Below, in pieces: positions 15,938 to 24,352 of a stretch of DNA of 33,256 nt (position 1 is its first letter; each line of letters starts with the position of its first letter). The DNA is taken from IMG/VR virus record IMGVR_UViG_3300045988_130193, positions 1 through 33,256 of that record; one strand, given 5' to 3'. Below the pieces are notes generated by a model. It was not told the DNA's origin. It worked only from the letters and a program-made list of their open reading frames with translations, and made no database searches. Made by a program: the position numbers and the translations under genes. This DNA comes from a virus.

Positions 15938-17092
15938 TTAGGCAATTACTATGTCGCCACTAAAGGCATTAGAGTAGTTACCATATTTATCAATACCATA
16001 TACAGAAACATGATAATTTCCTGCTTCAGTAGGTGTACCTGTGATAGCACCAGTTGTAGGGTTAAGTGTTAATCCTGCTGGTAAACCTGCTGCTTCGAAC
16101 TTATCAACACCAGTACCACTGAATGGAGTAGCCTGAGTATATGATTGTTCATGAGTTCCTGCATCGAATGAACCTGCAGATACAACAGGTAGACTTTCAA
16201 CTAATTTAATTACTGCTTCTGGTCTTACTACTTTTGCTCCAAACATTACATTTCCCTCAACAACGAAGTATCCTGGGTATCCAGGGAAGTTACCATTGTA
16301 TTGAGCGAATGAACTCCAGAATGTATCACCAACTGTACCAACTTCATTAGCAAAGTATCCAACTACATTTGTATTGTTACCTTCTTTATCTTTTTCTATT
16401 ACATTGCTATTGATTTGGAATACACTAACACCATAAGCATCAGCAACTTGTCCCATATCAACACCTTCAACACCTGCTCTTGTTTCAAATTTAAGAACTG
16501 ATGTTAAACTTGAGATAAAGTAAGCATAAGCATTTGAACTTAGTCCTAATAAGTATCCATCATATATGTTTCTATCGAACAATTTAGATTTTAAATCATT
16601 AATTAATTCAATAGTTTCATTTCCATTTGATGGAGCCCATTTAGTACATTGACCATCTGTATAAGCCATTGAACCATCTTGAGGTCCTGTAATATCAGCA
16701 TTTAATTTATTAAAGCCATATACATCAATTTGTCTAGAGATTTGAGCCTCTTTTAATTCGATTTGTCCCTCAATTGCTCTTTCGATACCACTACCCATTA
16801 CTATAGGGCTTACTCTAAATGAATAGTCCATAGGTAATTCAGTCAAGTCAACTTTTACTGAATTGTAAGTAGCAAGTTCGTTTGTAATTCCTCCTTGTGC
16901 GATTTCTACATTATTTCTTACATTTAATGCAGTGTCTAATTGCTTAACAATCTCAATAATTGGAGTGCCAGTTCTTCCAACTTCAAACCATCTTCTGTCT
17001 AGCATTTTATAGAATTGAGAATTGTAAAGTAAATTAGCATAAGTTCTTTTCATTAAACCTTGTAGGTCTAAATTAACTCCTGTAAAATTCAT
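15938..17092 (-). CDS. Major capsid protein with a C-terminal Ig-like domain
   Basis: 384 aa, following the scaffold gene. The C-terminus GLPAGLTLNPTTGAITGTPTEAGNYHVSVYG is the 'putative Ig' (He_PIG-type) motif. Confidence 0.7.
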   Translation of the reverse strand: MNFTGVNLDLQGLMKRTYANLLYNSQFYKMLDRRWFEVGRTGTPIIEIVKQLDTALNVRNNVEIAQGGITNELATYNSVKVDLTELPMDYSFRVSPIVMGSGIERAIEGQIELKEAQISRQIDVYGFNKLNADITGPQDGSMAYTDGQCTKWAPSNGNETIELINDLKSKLFDRNIYDGYLLGLSSNAYAYFISSLTSVLKFETRAGVEGVDMGQVADAYGVSVFQINSNVIEKDKEGNNTNVVGYFANEVGTVGDTFWSSFAQYNGNFPGYPGYFVVEGNVMFGAKVVRPEAVIKLVESLPVVSAGSFDAGTHEQSYTQATPFSGTGVDKFEAAGLPAGLTLNPTTGAITGTPTEAGNYHVSVYGIDKYGNYSNAFSGDIVIA

Positions 17093-17132
17093 AATTTCTT
17101 CCTCCTTTTCTTTCCTCTATATTTAACTAAAA

Positions 17133-17690
17133 TTACTTAGTTACAGGTATCATTAAATCTTTAATACTAGTACCTCTTGTTATCTTTATATCTTTACCAG
17201 TATTAGCATTGTTTCCATTTATTCCACCCTCATTAGGTGCTTGTGTAAATGGTATGTTATTCTTCTTTTCTGCTTCTGGGAAATATGTGTTTTTAAATCT
17301 AGTTACTATTTCCTCGATTGCCTTATCATCATCTTTTTCATCAGCATAAAGACTATTTCTTAACTTAACTACTTCATCAAAGTTTTCTTCTTTAAATCCT
17401 TTTTTAACAAGTTTATTTTCTAGACTTAATCTAGTCATCTTATCATTTGTTTCACTTAAAGTTTTAACAGTGTTGTTGTAGTTAGTTTCTAGGCTTGTAT
17501 AATCTCCTTGAAGTTTAGTATAATCTTCTTTCTTTACATAACCACTATAATCAGGCTTAGGAATATCGCTATTCTTTGTATAACCTTTATAAAGGTCTTT
17601 TTCCATAGCAGAAACATCTAGGTCATCATTACTTATAGTAATATCTTTATTTTTTAGATATTTAGTAATATCAAAATTCATATTTATCAT
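17133..17690 (-). CDS. Scaffolding protein
   Basis: 185 aa, acidic and coiled-coil, located between the MuF-like and capsid genes. The true start may be the ATG at 17681. Confidence 0.6.
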   Translation of the reverse strand: MINMNFDITKYLKNKDITISNDDLDVSAMEKDLYKGYTKNSDIPKPDYSGYVKKEDYTKLQGDYTSLETNYNNTVKTLSETNDKMTRLSLENKLVKKGFKEENFDEVVKLRNSLYADEKDDDKAIEEIVTRFKNTYFPEAEKKNNIPFTQAPNEGGINGNNANTGKDIKITRGTSIKDLMIPVTK

Positions 17691-17760
17691 TCTCCTTTTT
17701 TTAGAAGTGATAAAAGTGTGTCGCGACTGCTAACCTTTTATAGACTTAATAGCAATTGGT

Positions 17761-18735
17761 CTATTTATTTAATTCTTTTATAGTAGCATTTATCTTTTTT
17801 ATTTTAGTGTTTGTTTTATCCACCTCACTTCCATTTCCTAAATTTTCATATATCTTTTTATCATTTTTTAATTTAGTTCTTTTTAATTGTAGGGCTTGTA
17901 TTTTTTGCTTTTTTTCATAATCTTCTTGCCACTCATCAGAATTATAATCATTTTCTTGTATTTGGTCTTTATCCCAATATATAGTCCATTGGTGTCTGCA
18001 ATTAGGATGACCTACACCACCAGCAATTGCTTCTTCTTGCGGGTAGTATCTAACTCCATCAGAAGTATATCCACTTCCTCCATTTTTGTCATATACCTTA
18101 CCTTGATAAGGCATACACAAAGGACAAGCGAATGTATGGGCTGGTAAGTATAAAAGTTCTTTCTCTAATAAATTGGCATCGTACATTGTTCTATTCCATC
18201 CTGCATGATTAAGATTAGTGTTATAGAGCATTGAATTGTAATCTGCAATATTGTGCCAACTTCTTACTGAACCATCTTTATTATGGTATGGTATGATGGC
18301 TTGCACTTCATCGTATTTAGTTACTAGTTTAGATAGATAACTTTCTCTATCTATATAACTTTTGTTTGCTGTTTTTCTTCTGCCTTTATAATATTCATCA
18401 ATGTTATATTTATATTTCTTCTCTACGTTTTGGAATACTTTTTCACTTGCTAATTCATATATTTGTTTATATTCGGCATCGGGATTTAGTATCTTATTTC
18501 CCTCTAAATCTCTAGCCATTATCATATCTTCGAGTTCTTTTATTCTTTCAGCCATATATTTATGGTTTACCTTTTCCCATATTCTTGCTGTTTCTTTTTT
18601 GAACTCTGCTAGAGTTTTATTCTTGTATAGGTAATCGAAGAATACTCGTTTAGTTTCATACATTAGTTTATAATATTCATTTTTTGAATAGTAAGCACTA
18701 TCTTCTATAAATAAACTAAATGGGTCTTTCTTCAT
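17761..18735 (-). CDS. Head morphogenesis protein (SPP1 gp7 / Mu F-like)
   Basis: CPLCMPYQGKVYD...HPNCRHQW is the gp7/MuF C-terminal signature. It follows the portal gene. Confidence 0.75.
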   Translation of the reverse strand: MKKDPFSLFIEDSAYYSKNEYYKLMYETKRVFFDYLYKNKTLAEFKKETARIWEKVNHKYMAERIKELEDMIMARDLEGNKILNPDAEYKQIYELASEKVFQNVEKKYKYNIDEYYKGRRKTANKSYIDRESYLSKLVTKYDEVQAIIPYHNKDGSVRSWHNIADYNSMLYNTNLNHAGWNRTMYDANLLEKELLYLPAHTFACPLCMPYQGKVYDKNGGSGYTSDGVRYYPQEEAIAGGVGHPNCRHQWTIYWDKDQIQENDYNSDEWQEDYEKKQKIQALQLKRTKLKNDKKIYENLGNGSEVDKTNTKIKKINATIKELNK

Positions 18736-20099
18736 TATACCTCACCAAACTTAACTTGTATTGCTTCTTCTTCCTCTTTATTCGCATTGATTAATTCTTC
18801 TATTAATTTACTATTCTTACCTACATAGTCATCATCAATTAACTTATTAAGGATAGGTGTTATTATTTTTGCTTTTACACTATATGGAACACTTCCAACA
18901 CTTTGAATTCTATTTAATACTTGAAGTTTCTTCATATCATCGAATTTTTCATTTGCTCCATAATCCCAATTTAACTCGGTAGGTATTAGATTAACTTGTA
19001 TATTGTTCGCTTGCTGAGCCTTAACAACATTTTCTAGTAAATGATTTATTTGAGGCTCTATTTGTGTTTTTATTGCCTCAATAGTCATATCAGAATTATT
19101 CTTGCTTAAATCTATGCTATCAACATTCTGATAAGCATCTTTTTCATAACCAAATGTTGCAGGGCTTAGTCCAGCCATTTGAATTACTTGATAATCACAG
19201 AATTTAAACGAACTAATATATTCATTAAATCTAATATCACCTTGTAAAAACTCGAATAATTGATGGTCTTTATCTCCAGGTAATAAAGTGAAGTAATCCG
19301 CTAATTTTCCTACTGATAATGTATCTACTTTGTAATGATTAGAAGCAGGTTGCCAATTAGTTACTATATCGCCACTTTGATAGTGCTGACTTGTTACTAT
19401 CTTAGTTTTGGTCTTTTCTATTTCATCAACAAAGGTGTTGAATATTTCCATTTCTTCATTTAAGAACTTTTTACTATCTTTAAAGAAATTCTGACCTATA
19501 TCTATATTAATTAGATTTTCATAAGGTAATATGTACTTAGCAATGTATTCATTACCAGTCCTTAGATTAAATGTTCCTAAATCAACAGGTATTAACTTGC
19601 CACCTTTATCTTCTTTAAACGCTTCCATAGTCATATAAGTAATACCATTTTCTAACTTAATATTTCTATGAAGTTCATATATATCTTCTTTAGTAACAAA
19701 CTCTTGTATGATAGTACCACTTATTACTTTGTCATATTTTTGTACTAAATCATGTATATCTGATTTCTTGATGCACTCTAGATATATCTTATTATCAAAC
19801 TTATTTATTAATATGAAACTTTCTTCTTCATATACTGCTAATTCTAGGCTCTCTTTAAGTGTAGGCATTAACCAATTTATTGATAATCCCTCTGTCTGTG
19901 TTACTAAATCTGAGCCAAATATTTGATTTACTATATATGTAGCAACCTTTTTGCCACTAGGAGCAATTATATAGTCATTTCTCTTATAAATATTAGGCTT
20001 TCCATTAGTTATACCAGGTTGAGTTACTGTTGCCTCTACTCTTATATATGGAGCCTCTAAATAATTGTATGCTGATTTCAATCTCACTTGGTTATTCAT
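18735..20099 (-). CDS. Portal protein
   Basis: 454 aa, located between the terminase region and the MuF-like gene. Its stop overlaps the MuF start. Confidence 0.7.
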   Translation of the reverse strand: MNNQVRLKSAYNYLEAPYIRVEATVTQPGITNGKPNIYKRNDYIIAPSGKKVATYIVNQIFGSDLVTQTEGLSINWLMPTLKESLELAVYEEESFILINKFDNKIYLECIKKSDIHDLVQKYDKVISGTIIQEFVTKEDIYELHRNIKLENGITYMTMEAFKEDKGGKLIPVDLGTFNLRTGNEYIAKYILPYENLINIDIGQNFFKDSKKFLNEEMEIFNTFVDEIEKTKTKIVTSQHYQSGDIVTNWQPASNHYKVDTLSVGKLADYFTLLPGDKDHQLFEFLQGDIRFNEYISSFKFCDYQVIQMAGLSPATFGYEKDAYQNVDSIDLSKNNSDMTIEAIKTQIEPQINHLLENVVKAQQANNIQVNLIPTELNWDYGANEKFDDMKKLQVLNRIQSVGSVPYSVKAKIITPILNKLIDDDYVGKNSKLIEELINANKEEEEAIQVKFGEV

Positions 20100-20434
20100 T
20101 TAATATCAACTCCTTCATATATTAGAGTTTCAATATGAGCCTCTCTTTTCTTTTCATCAGTCAATTTATATTTATAACTTTGAACCACAATTTGTACTTT
20201 TCTATTAGTTCCTAGTAAATGTTTCATGCCTCTTACTTTTACTACATAAAACTTACCCATAGGTGCAAAGTCTTTATCTATTTTTCTTTTATCTATGCAT
20301 TGACCATTTAAATATAAATACAAAGTCCATTTCTTATTATTTATTAGATATTTTTTCAATTTTTGTGCTTTTTCCACAATTTTATCAATAATAATAGTAA
20401 AAATGTCACTTATTTTTTCTATTAGAGTTCTCAT
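20096..20434 (-). CDS. Hypothetical protein (start trimmed to MRTLIEK...)
   Basis: The ATG at 20434 is preceded by GAAAGGAG. The track's extension would run into the terminator hairpin. Confidence 0.5.
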   Translation of the reverse strand: MRTLIEKISDIFTIIIDKIVEKAQKLKKYLINNKKWTLYLYLNGQCIDKRKIDKDFAPMGKFYVVKVRGMKHLLGTNRKVQIVVQSYKYKLTDEKKREAHIETLIYEGVDIK

Positions 20435-20463
20435 TTTTAACTCCTTTCTATGTGTATAAATAA

Positions 20464-20498
20464 TAAAAAACATATAGTTATCTCTTTTTAACTATATG
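20464..20498 (-). terminator. Intrinsic terminator about 40 nt downstream of a consensus promoter
   Basis: Minus-strand RNA has a 9-bp stem cauauaguu/aacuauaug (20498..20490 with 20479..20471), followed by U6-7 (20470..20464). Confidence 0.65.
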
Positions 20499-20544
20499 CT
20501 TCTTATGTTTACGACACACTTTTTCGCACTTTTCTATCTCTTAA

Positions 20545-20573
20545 ATTATAGCATAATTATTTATTATTGTCAA
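20545..20573 (-). promoter_or_regulatory. Consensus promoter (cassette copy A)
   Basis: Minus strand reads TTGACA (20573..20568), 17 nt, TGcTATAAT (-10 at 20550..20545). The 18-bp core is identical to 27050..27067. Confidence 0.7.
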
Positions 20574-20781
20574 CATCTCTTTTATAACTTCTAATATGTA
20601 TGTAATGGGTAGGATATATTTCATATACTTCTATCATCTTACACTTAGGACAAGGATATTCTATTACCAGTGGAGTTTCTACTTCTATTCCCATCTTTTT
20701 TAGATTTTTATAATATTCTTCAATTTCTATCTTAAACAAATATCTTTTTGTAGATTTACAACGAATTTCGATTTTAATCAA
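20557..20781 (-). CDS. Small hypothetical protein (one CPKC motif)
   Basis: 74-aa ORF. Its 3' end carries the promoter cassette. Confidence 0.5.
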   Translation of the reverse strand: MIKIEIRCKSTKRYLFKIEIEEYYKNLKKMGIEVETPLVIEYPCPKCKMIEVYEIYPTHYIHIRSYKRDVDNNK

Positions 20782-20787
20782 CTCCTT

Positions 20788-22164
20788 TTATACTACTGGC
20801 GCTCTATCAGTTTCTTTAAATTCTATTATGATATACCTTAAGGCATCTATGTGGTCATCAAACTCTTTTACATAGGCTTCTTTACCACTTTTAGCACTTG
20901 CCTTTAAGTCATATCTATAACTTTCTAATTCAAGCATTCCATCATCTTTGCCACTATAAACTAATTCGCCACTATCGGTTATATGCTTAATTGCTTTTTG
21001 TTTGTATATAAGCAGATATCCCTTATAGAACAAAGATTGCATATATTGAACTCCCTCAACTACATTATCCATGCTTTTATTGATTAATGTATGTGATATA
21101 TTATCAGCAATTAGCCTATTATGGAAATGAGCGGCGGCACTATCTAATACCATAGTGGTAATAGGCACTTGTCCATACTCGCTTTTTAGATACAATAAGA
21201 ATAATCTTAATTGCTTGCTAAAATATTCAGTTGTAGGATTGTCTTGTTCTTCTTTAGCATTATGATAGTAATACTCTAGCCTTATTAATACCCATTTCTT
21301 ATTTACTTTATCATAAGCAAGGGCAATAGGTACAAAGGCTGTCGCATGGACCGAACCATAGTCTATTCCTATTCCTATTTCTCTAAAAGCATAATTATCT
21401 AAGTTGTCTATAGTATTTATAGTATTGAATACCCTACCAGTAGCAAGTATCCATCTATTAAATATCTTTTGTTCTCTTAGGTTTCCAGGTGGGAACATTT
21501 CTAATACCTTTCGCATTGCTTCTTCTGTTTTTATCTTAGGATTGTCATAGGGAAAGAAAGAATAATGCTTAGCATAAGGCTTCTTATCTATGTAGTCAAT
21601 TTTGTATGGGTGATTTTCCCCTCCCTCAACATTGAATGAATGTATAGTCTTTAAATAAGGGTGGTCTGCATAAGATACTTGTCTACCTGGGAACTCATTA
21701 AATGATTCTCTTAAATTATCCTGTGAGTATATTCTGGCACTTTCATCTATCCACTCAAATATCAAAGGTTTACCTAATATCTTATTGAATGCAAGAACAT
21801 TATTAAAACCAAAGAAATAGTACCTAATATTATATATCTCTAGATACTTTTCGTCAGTCTGCCACCTTAATATATAATCTCTTCCTTTTTTCAACTTCAT
21901 ATCATCTAGAAACTTTTTTAAAGGCTCTAATATGTTACCTTTTAATGTTTCTAAACTCCAACCAGTTATAGAACCGAAGTAATTTTCATTTGGATTATAG
22001 TTATACAAGACTTGAGCATATAAAATACACCCTAAACATATATCAAAGGTCTTGCCGCTCTGTGTACTTCCTAATACATATATTTCAGTTAGATTAGGAG
22101 TAAGTATATCATTTAGTAGTTGACTTTGCTTTTTTGATAGTGTTAGATTTAGATTTGTTTCCAT
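20788..22164 (-). CDS. terL: Terminase large subunit
   Basis: Walker A motif LGSTQSGKTF. 458 aa, with acidic nuclease-domain motifs near the C-terminus (DSAAAHF..., FDDHIDALRY). GGGAG RBS. Confidence 0.85.
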   Translation of the reverse strand: METNLNLTLSKKQSQLLNDILTPNLTEIYVLGSTQSGKTFDICLGCILYAQVLYNYNPNENYFGSITGWSLETLKGNILEPLKKFLDDMKLKKGRDYILRWQTDEKYLEIYNIRYYFFGFNNVLAFNKILGKPLIFEWIDESARIYSQDNLRESFNEFPGRQVSYADHPYLKTIHSFNVEGGENHPYKIDYIDKKPYAKHYSFFPYDNPKIKTEEAMRKVLEMFPPGNLREQKIFNRWILATGRVFNTINTIDNLDNYAFREIGIGIDYGSVHATAFVPIALAYDKVNKKWVLIRLEYYYHNAKEEQDNPTTEYFSKQLRLFLLYLKSEYGQVPITTMVLDSAAAHFHNRLIADNISHTLINKSMDNVVEGVQYMQSLFYKGYLLIYKQKAIKHITDSGELVYSGKDDGMLELESYRYDLKASAKSGKEAYVKEFDDHIDALRYIIIEFKETDRAPVV

Positions 22165-22345
22165 TTTCCAACTCCCTATCTATTTCTTCAATTCTTTGAG
22201 TAGTCTTTCCTTGACACTCATTGCTTTCTATATCTTTAATGATTAATTCTTTCTTTTCTAATTTTAGTTTTTCTTCGTTAGATACAATCAAGCCATTGCT
22301 ATCTTTGATTAAATATCTATCTTCTCTTAATTTAATAAACTCCAT
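22109..22345 (-). CDS. Hypothetical protein overlapping the terL start by 56 nt
   Basis: 78 aa with a strong AGGAGG RBS. Confidence 0.5.
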   Translation of the reverse strand: MEFIKLREDRYLIKDSNGLIVSNEEKLKLEKKELIIKDIESNECQGKTTQRIEEIDRELENGNKSKSNTIKKAKSTTK

Positions 22346-22354
22346 ATTTACCTC

Positions 22355-22597
22355 CTATTTAAGTCTAAATACTTGTCCATTATCAGAATACATACCATAT
22401 CCATTGCCTAAGTCTTTATATACTCTTCCATTATGTAATTTAATTTTACTTTCTGCTGTTTTTGGAGTAGTAGAGCCAACTTTAACGAACTTTGTAGGTA
22501 CTTCTACTTTTTCCTCTTGAACTTGTGGATTAACCGGTTTGTTATCTAGACTAATAATATCAACCTTTTTCTTTCCAGTGTTACTTTTTTTTGCCAT
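22355..22597 (-). CDS. Hypothetical basic protein (start trimmed to MAKKSNTGKKK...)
   Basis: The ATG at 22597 is preceded by AAAAAGGAGG. The track start at 22636 is a GTG without an RBS. Confidence 0.5.
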   Translation of the reverse strand: MAKKSNTGKKKVDIISLDNKPVNPQVQEEKVEVPTKFVKVGSTTPKTAESKIKLHNGRVYKDLGNGYGMYSDNGQVFRLK

Positions 22598-22720
22598 TTC
22601 TGACACCTCCTTTTTCTTTCCAGTGTTATTAAACACTACACTAATAATATGTCTAGTTTTCTAAAGTAGTTAGCCTATTAGAAATATAGTGCCACATTGG
22701 CGAACCTAACCTACACTTAC

Positions 22721-22922
22721 ATATTATCAGTGTACTGCTTAATAGCAGTACTGTTTTTATTTTTATCCGAATTTTATGGAGAAGTGCTCTTATAAGCACT
22801 ATACTGATGATATAATGGATTTCTATAGATTCAAACTACTCATGGAAAACAAGCCTAGAATAAAAACCTTTCCTCACTCGTTTTTTTATATATCATCAGT
22901 ATACTACCTATTAGAGTAGTAT
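22721..22922. repeat. Three 'ATATYATCAGTRT box plus hairpin' units in the 285-bp non-coding region
   Basis: Boxes lie at 22721..22733 (+), 22801..22813 (inverted) and 22890..22902 (+). Each abuts a different hairpin: 22732..22751, 22783..22800 and 22901..22922. Confidence 0.7.
22732..22764 (+). terminator. Plus-strand terminator-like hairpin plus T-run
   Basis: gtactgct-taat-agcagtac is followed by tgtttttattttt on the plus strand only. The plus strand has no genes. Confidence 0.45.
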
Positions 22923-23263
22923 TATAATTCATCTATTGTTAAATTGTATTTATATTCAAATAATTTCTTCTTTAATTTGTAAGTTTCTGTTCTAACTCCT
23001 TTGGTATCTTCTACTACCCATTTATCTTTTAATAAGTCAAAGTAATAGAAATCTGCTATATAGTAAATAGGTCTTATCTTTTTGCCTTTAGCATTTGTAT
23101 ATCCCTCTTGAAGCAAGAATTTTTTTTGTAGTTCTAGATTACAGATATAATCAGTGCTTTCTAATAATTCAAGGTCTTTATATCTCTGCATTTCTTTTTT
23201 ACTATCGAACTTTATTCCTTTATAGATAACTTTAGTATTGTGGTATTTATTCTTTATTATCAT
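22922..23263 (-). CDS. DUF1064-family nuclease-like protein
   Basis: NKYHNTKVIYKGIKFDSKKEMQRYKDLELLE...YIADFYY...VEDTKG matches the DUF1064 pattern (NKY.akK...dGi.FDSk.Ea.ry..L ... Y.aDF ... EDvKG). Confidence 0.7.
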   Translation of the reverse strand: MIIKNKYHNTKVIYKGIKFDSKKEMQRYKDLELLESTDYICNLELQKKFLLQEGYTNAKGKKIRPIYYIADFYYFDLLKDKWVVEDTKGVRTETYKLKKKLFEYKYNLTIDEL

Positions 23264-23633
23264 ATAACACACTCTCCAAATTACTGTTATCTATTACTTC
23301 CATTTTAATAGTAGGCATTACTCTCATTTCTCCTGTTGTTTCAACTTTATCAGTTTGTCCTAGATATTGTTTACCTAGAAATATAGCCATTGTAGGATTT
23401 TTTTCTGCTAATTTCCATTGAGTTCTACGAAGTGATATTTGGCCTTTTCCTCTTTTTATCTTGAATACTTCCGAAAATGTAGTTCCATAAGTTTTTTTGC
23501 ACCAACTATTTAAAGTATCATCTTCGACATCAAAGAAATCACATATTTCTAATAAAGTACATTGAAGCCCACACAAATTTTCAAATTGTTTCTTATCAAT
23601 TTTATCTTGTGCTGGCGTATCTCCTTTTACCAT
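23247..23633 (-). CDS. terS: Terminase small subunit (HTH type)
   Basis: N-terminal HTH, followed by RGKGQISLRRTQWKLAEKNPTMAIFLGKQYLGQTD. The 'gn.tm.IflgKn.LGq.D' block recurs in proteins annotated as TerS in Firmicutes phages (from memory). Confidence 0.55.
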   Translation of the reverse strand: MVKGDTPAQDKIDKKQFENLCGLQCTLLEICDFFDVEDDTLNSWCKKTYGTTFSEVFKIKRGKGQISLRRTQWKLAEKNPTMAIFLGKQYLGQTDKVETTGEMRVMPTIKMEVIDNSNLESVLYDNKE

Positions 23634-23649
23634 AATATCACTTCCTTTT

Positions 23650-24309
23650 TTATTTTAATTTTTTGCTTAAATATAAAAATGGTGTATCGCATATTGCTAT
23701 CATAATTTCTAATATAGTTGTTGTTGTAGCAATAGCAAATATTGTTTTTAAATCATATATACCTATGAATGCAAATATTGTAAAAAAATAATTTTCTAAA
23801 CAATTGCTTATTATTGTTGCTATATTATTTCTTACCCACATTTTATTTGGTATCTTCTTCTTTATTTTTTCAAATACTATTATATCTAACATATTGCTTA
23901 AATAACACATTACTATGCTTGATATACTTATTCTTAAATTAAATGTGAATATATTTTTTAGACTATCATTTACCATATCTAAATTATTTGGCTTAAATAA
24001 TAAACTAAATTGTGTTGCTATTGTAAACAATATTACTGATACTATTCCTATATTTATTGCTTTTCTGCTTTCTTTTGCACTATATTTTTCACTTAAAATA
24101 TCTGTTGCTAGAAATGTACTTGCAAACAATATGTTTCCTAATGTTGCTTGTAAACCTAATATATTAATATTTTTAGCAACTAATATATTTGCTGTCACCA
24201 AAGCAACTGCTAACCATACATACAACCCTTCTTTTTTAAATATTTTTTCTATTATTATTTCTATACTAAAACATAACACTATTCCTAATATACCTAATAA
24301 TATATTCAT
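23650..24309 (-). CDS. yhhQ: YhhQ/VUT-family queuosine-precursor (preQ0/preQ1) transporter
   Basis: Polytopic membrane protein. FASTFLATDILSEKY, LSNMLDIIVFEKIKK and VRNNIATIISNCLENYFFTIFAF align with E. coli YhhQ FIFLATDLTVRIF, LGQILDVHVFNRLRQ and TASTLFGNVSDTLAFFFIAF. Confidence 0.85.
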   Translation of the reverse strand: MNILLGILGIVLCFSIEIIIEKIFKKEGLYVWLAVALVTANILVAKNINILGLQATLGNILFASTFLATDILSEKYSAKESRKAINIGIVSVILFTIATQFSLLFKPNNLDMVNDSLKNIFTFNLRISISSIVMCYLSNMLDIIVFEKIKKKIPNKMWVRNNIATIISNCLENYFFTIFAFIGIYDLKTIFAIATTTTILEIMIAICDTPFLYLSKKLK

Positions 24310-24352
24310 AATATCACTCCTTAATTTTTTTATTGTAGGTTTTGGATAACTA

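Noticed and set aside
22690-22770. A tRNA or tmRNA-like gene in the 285-bp non-coding island (GGTTCG-like segment)
   Set aside because: No cloverleaf can be drawn. There are no paired T-arm or acceptor stems around the GGTTCGCC segment.
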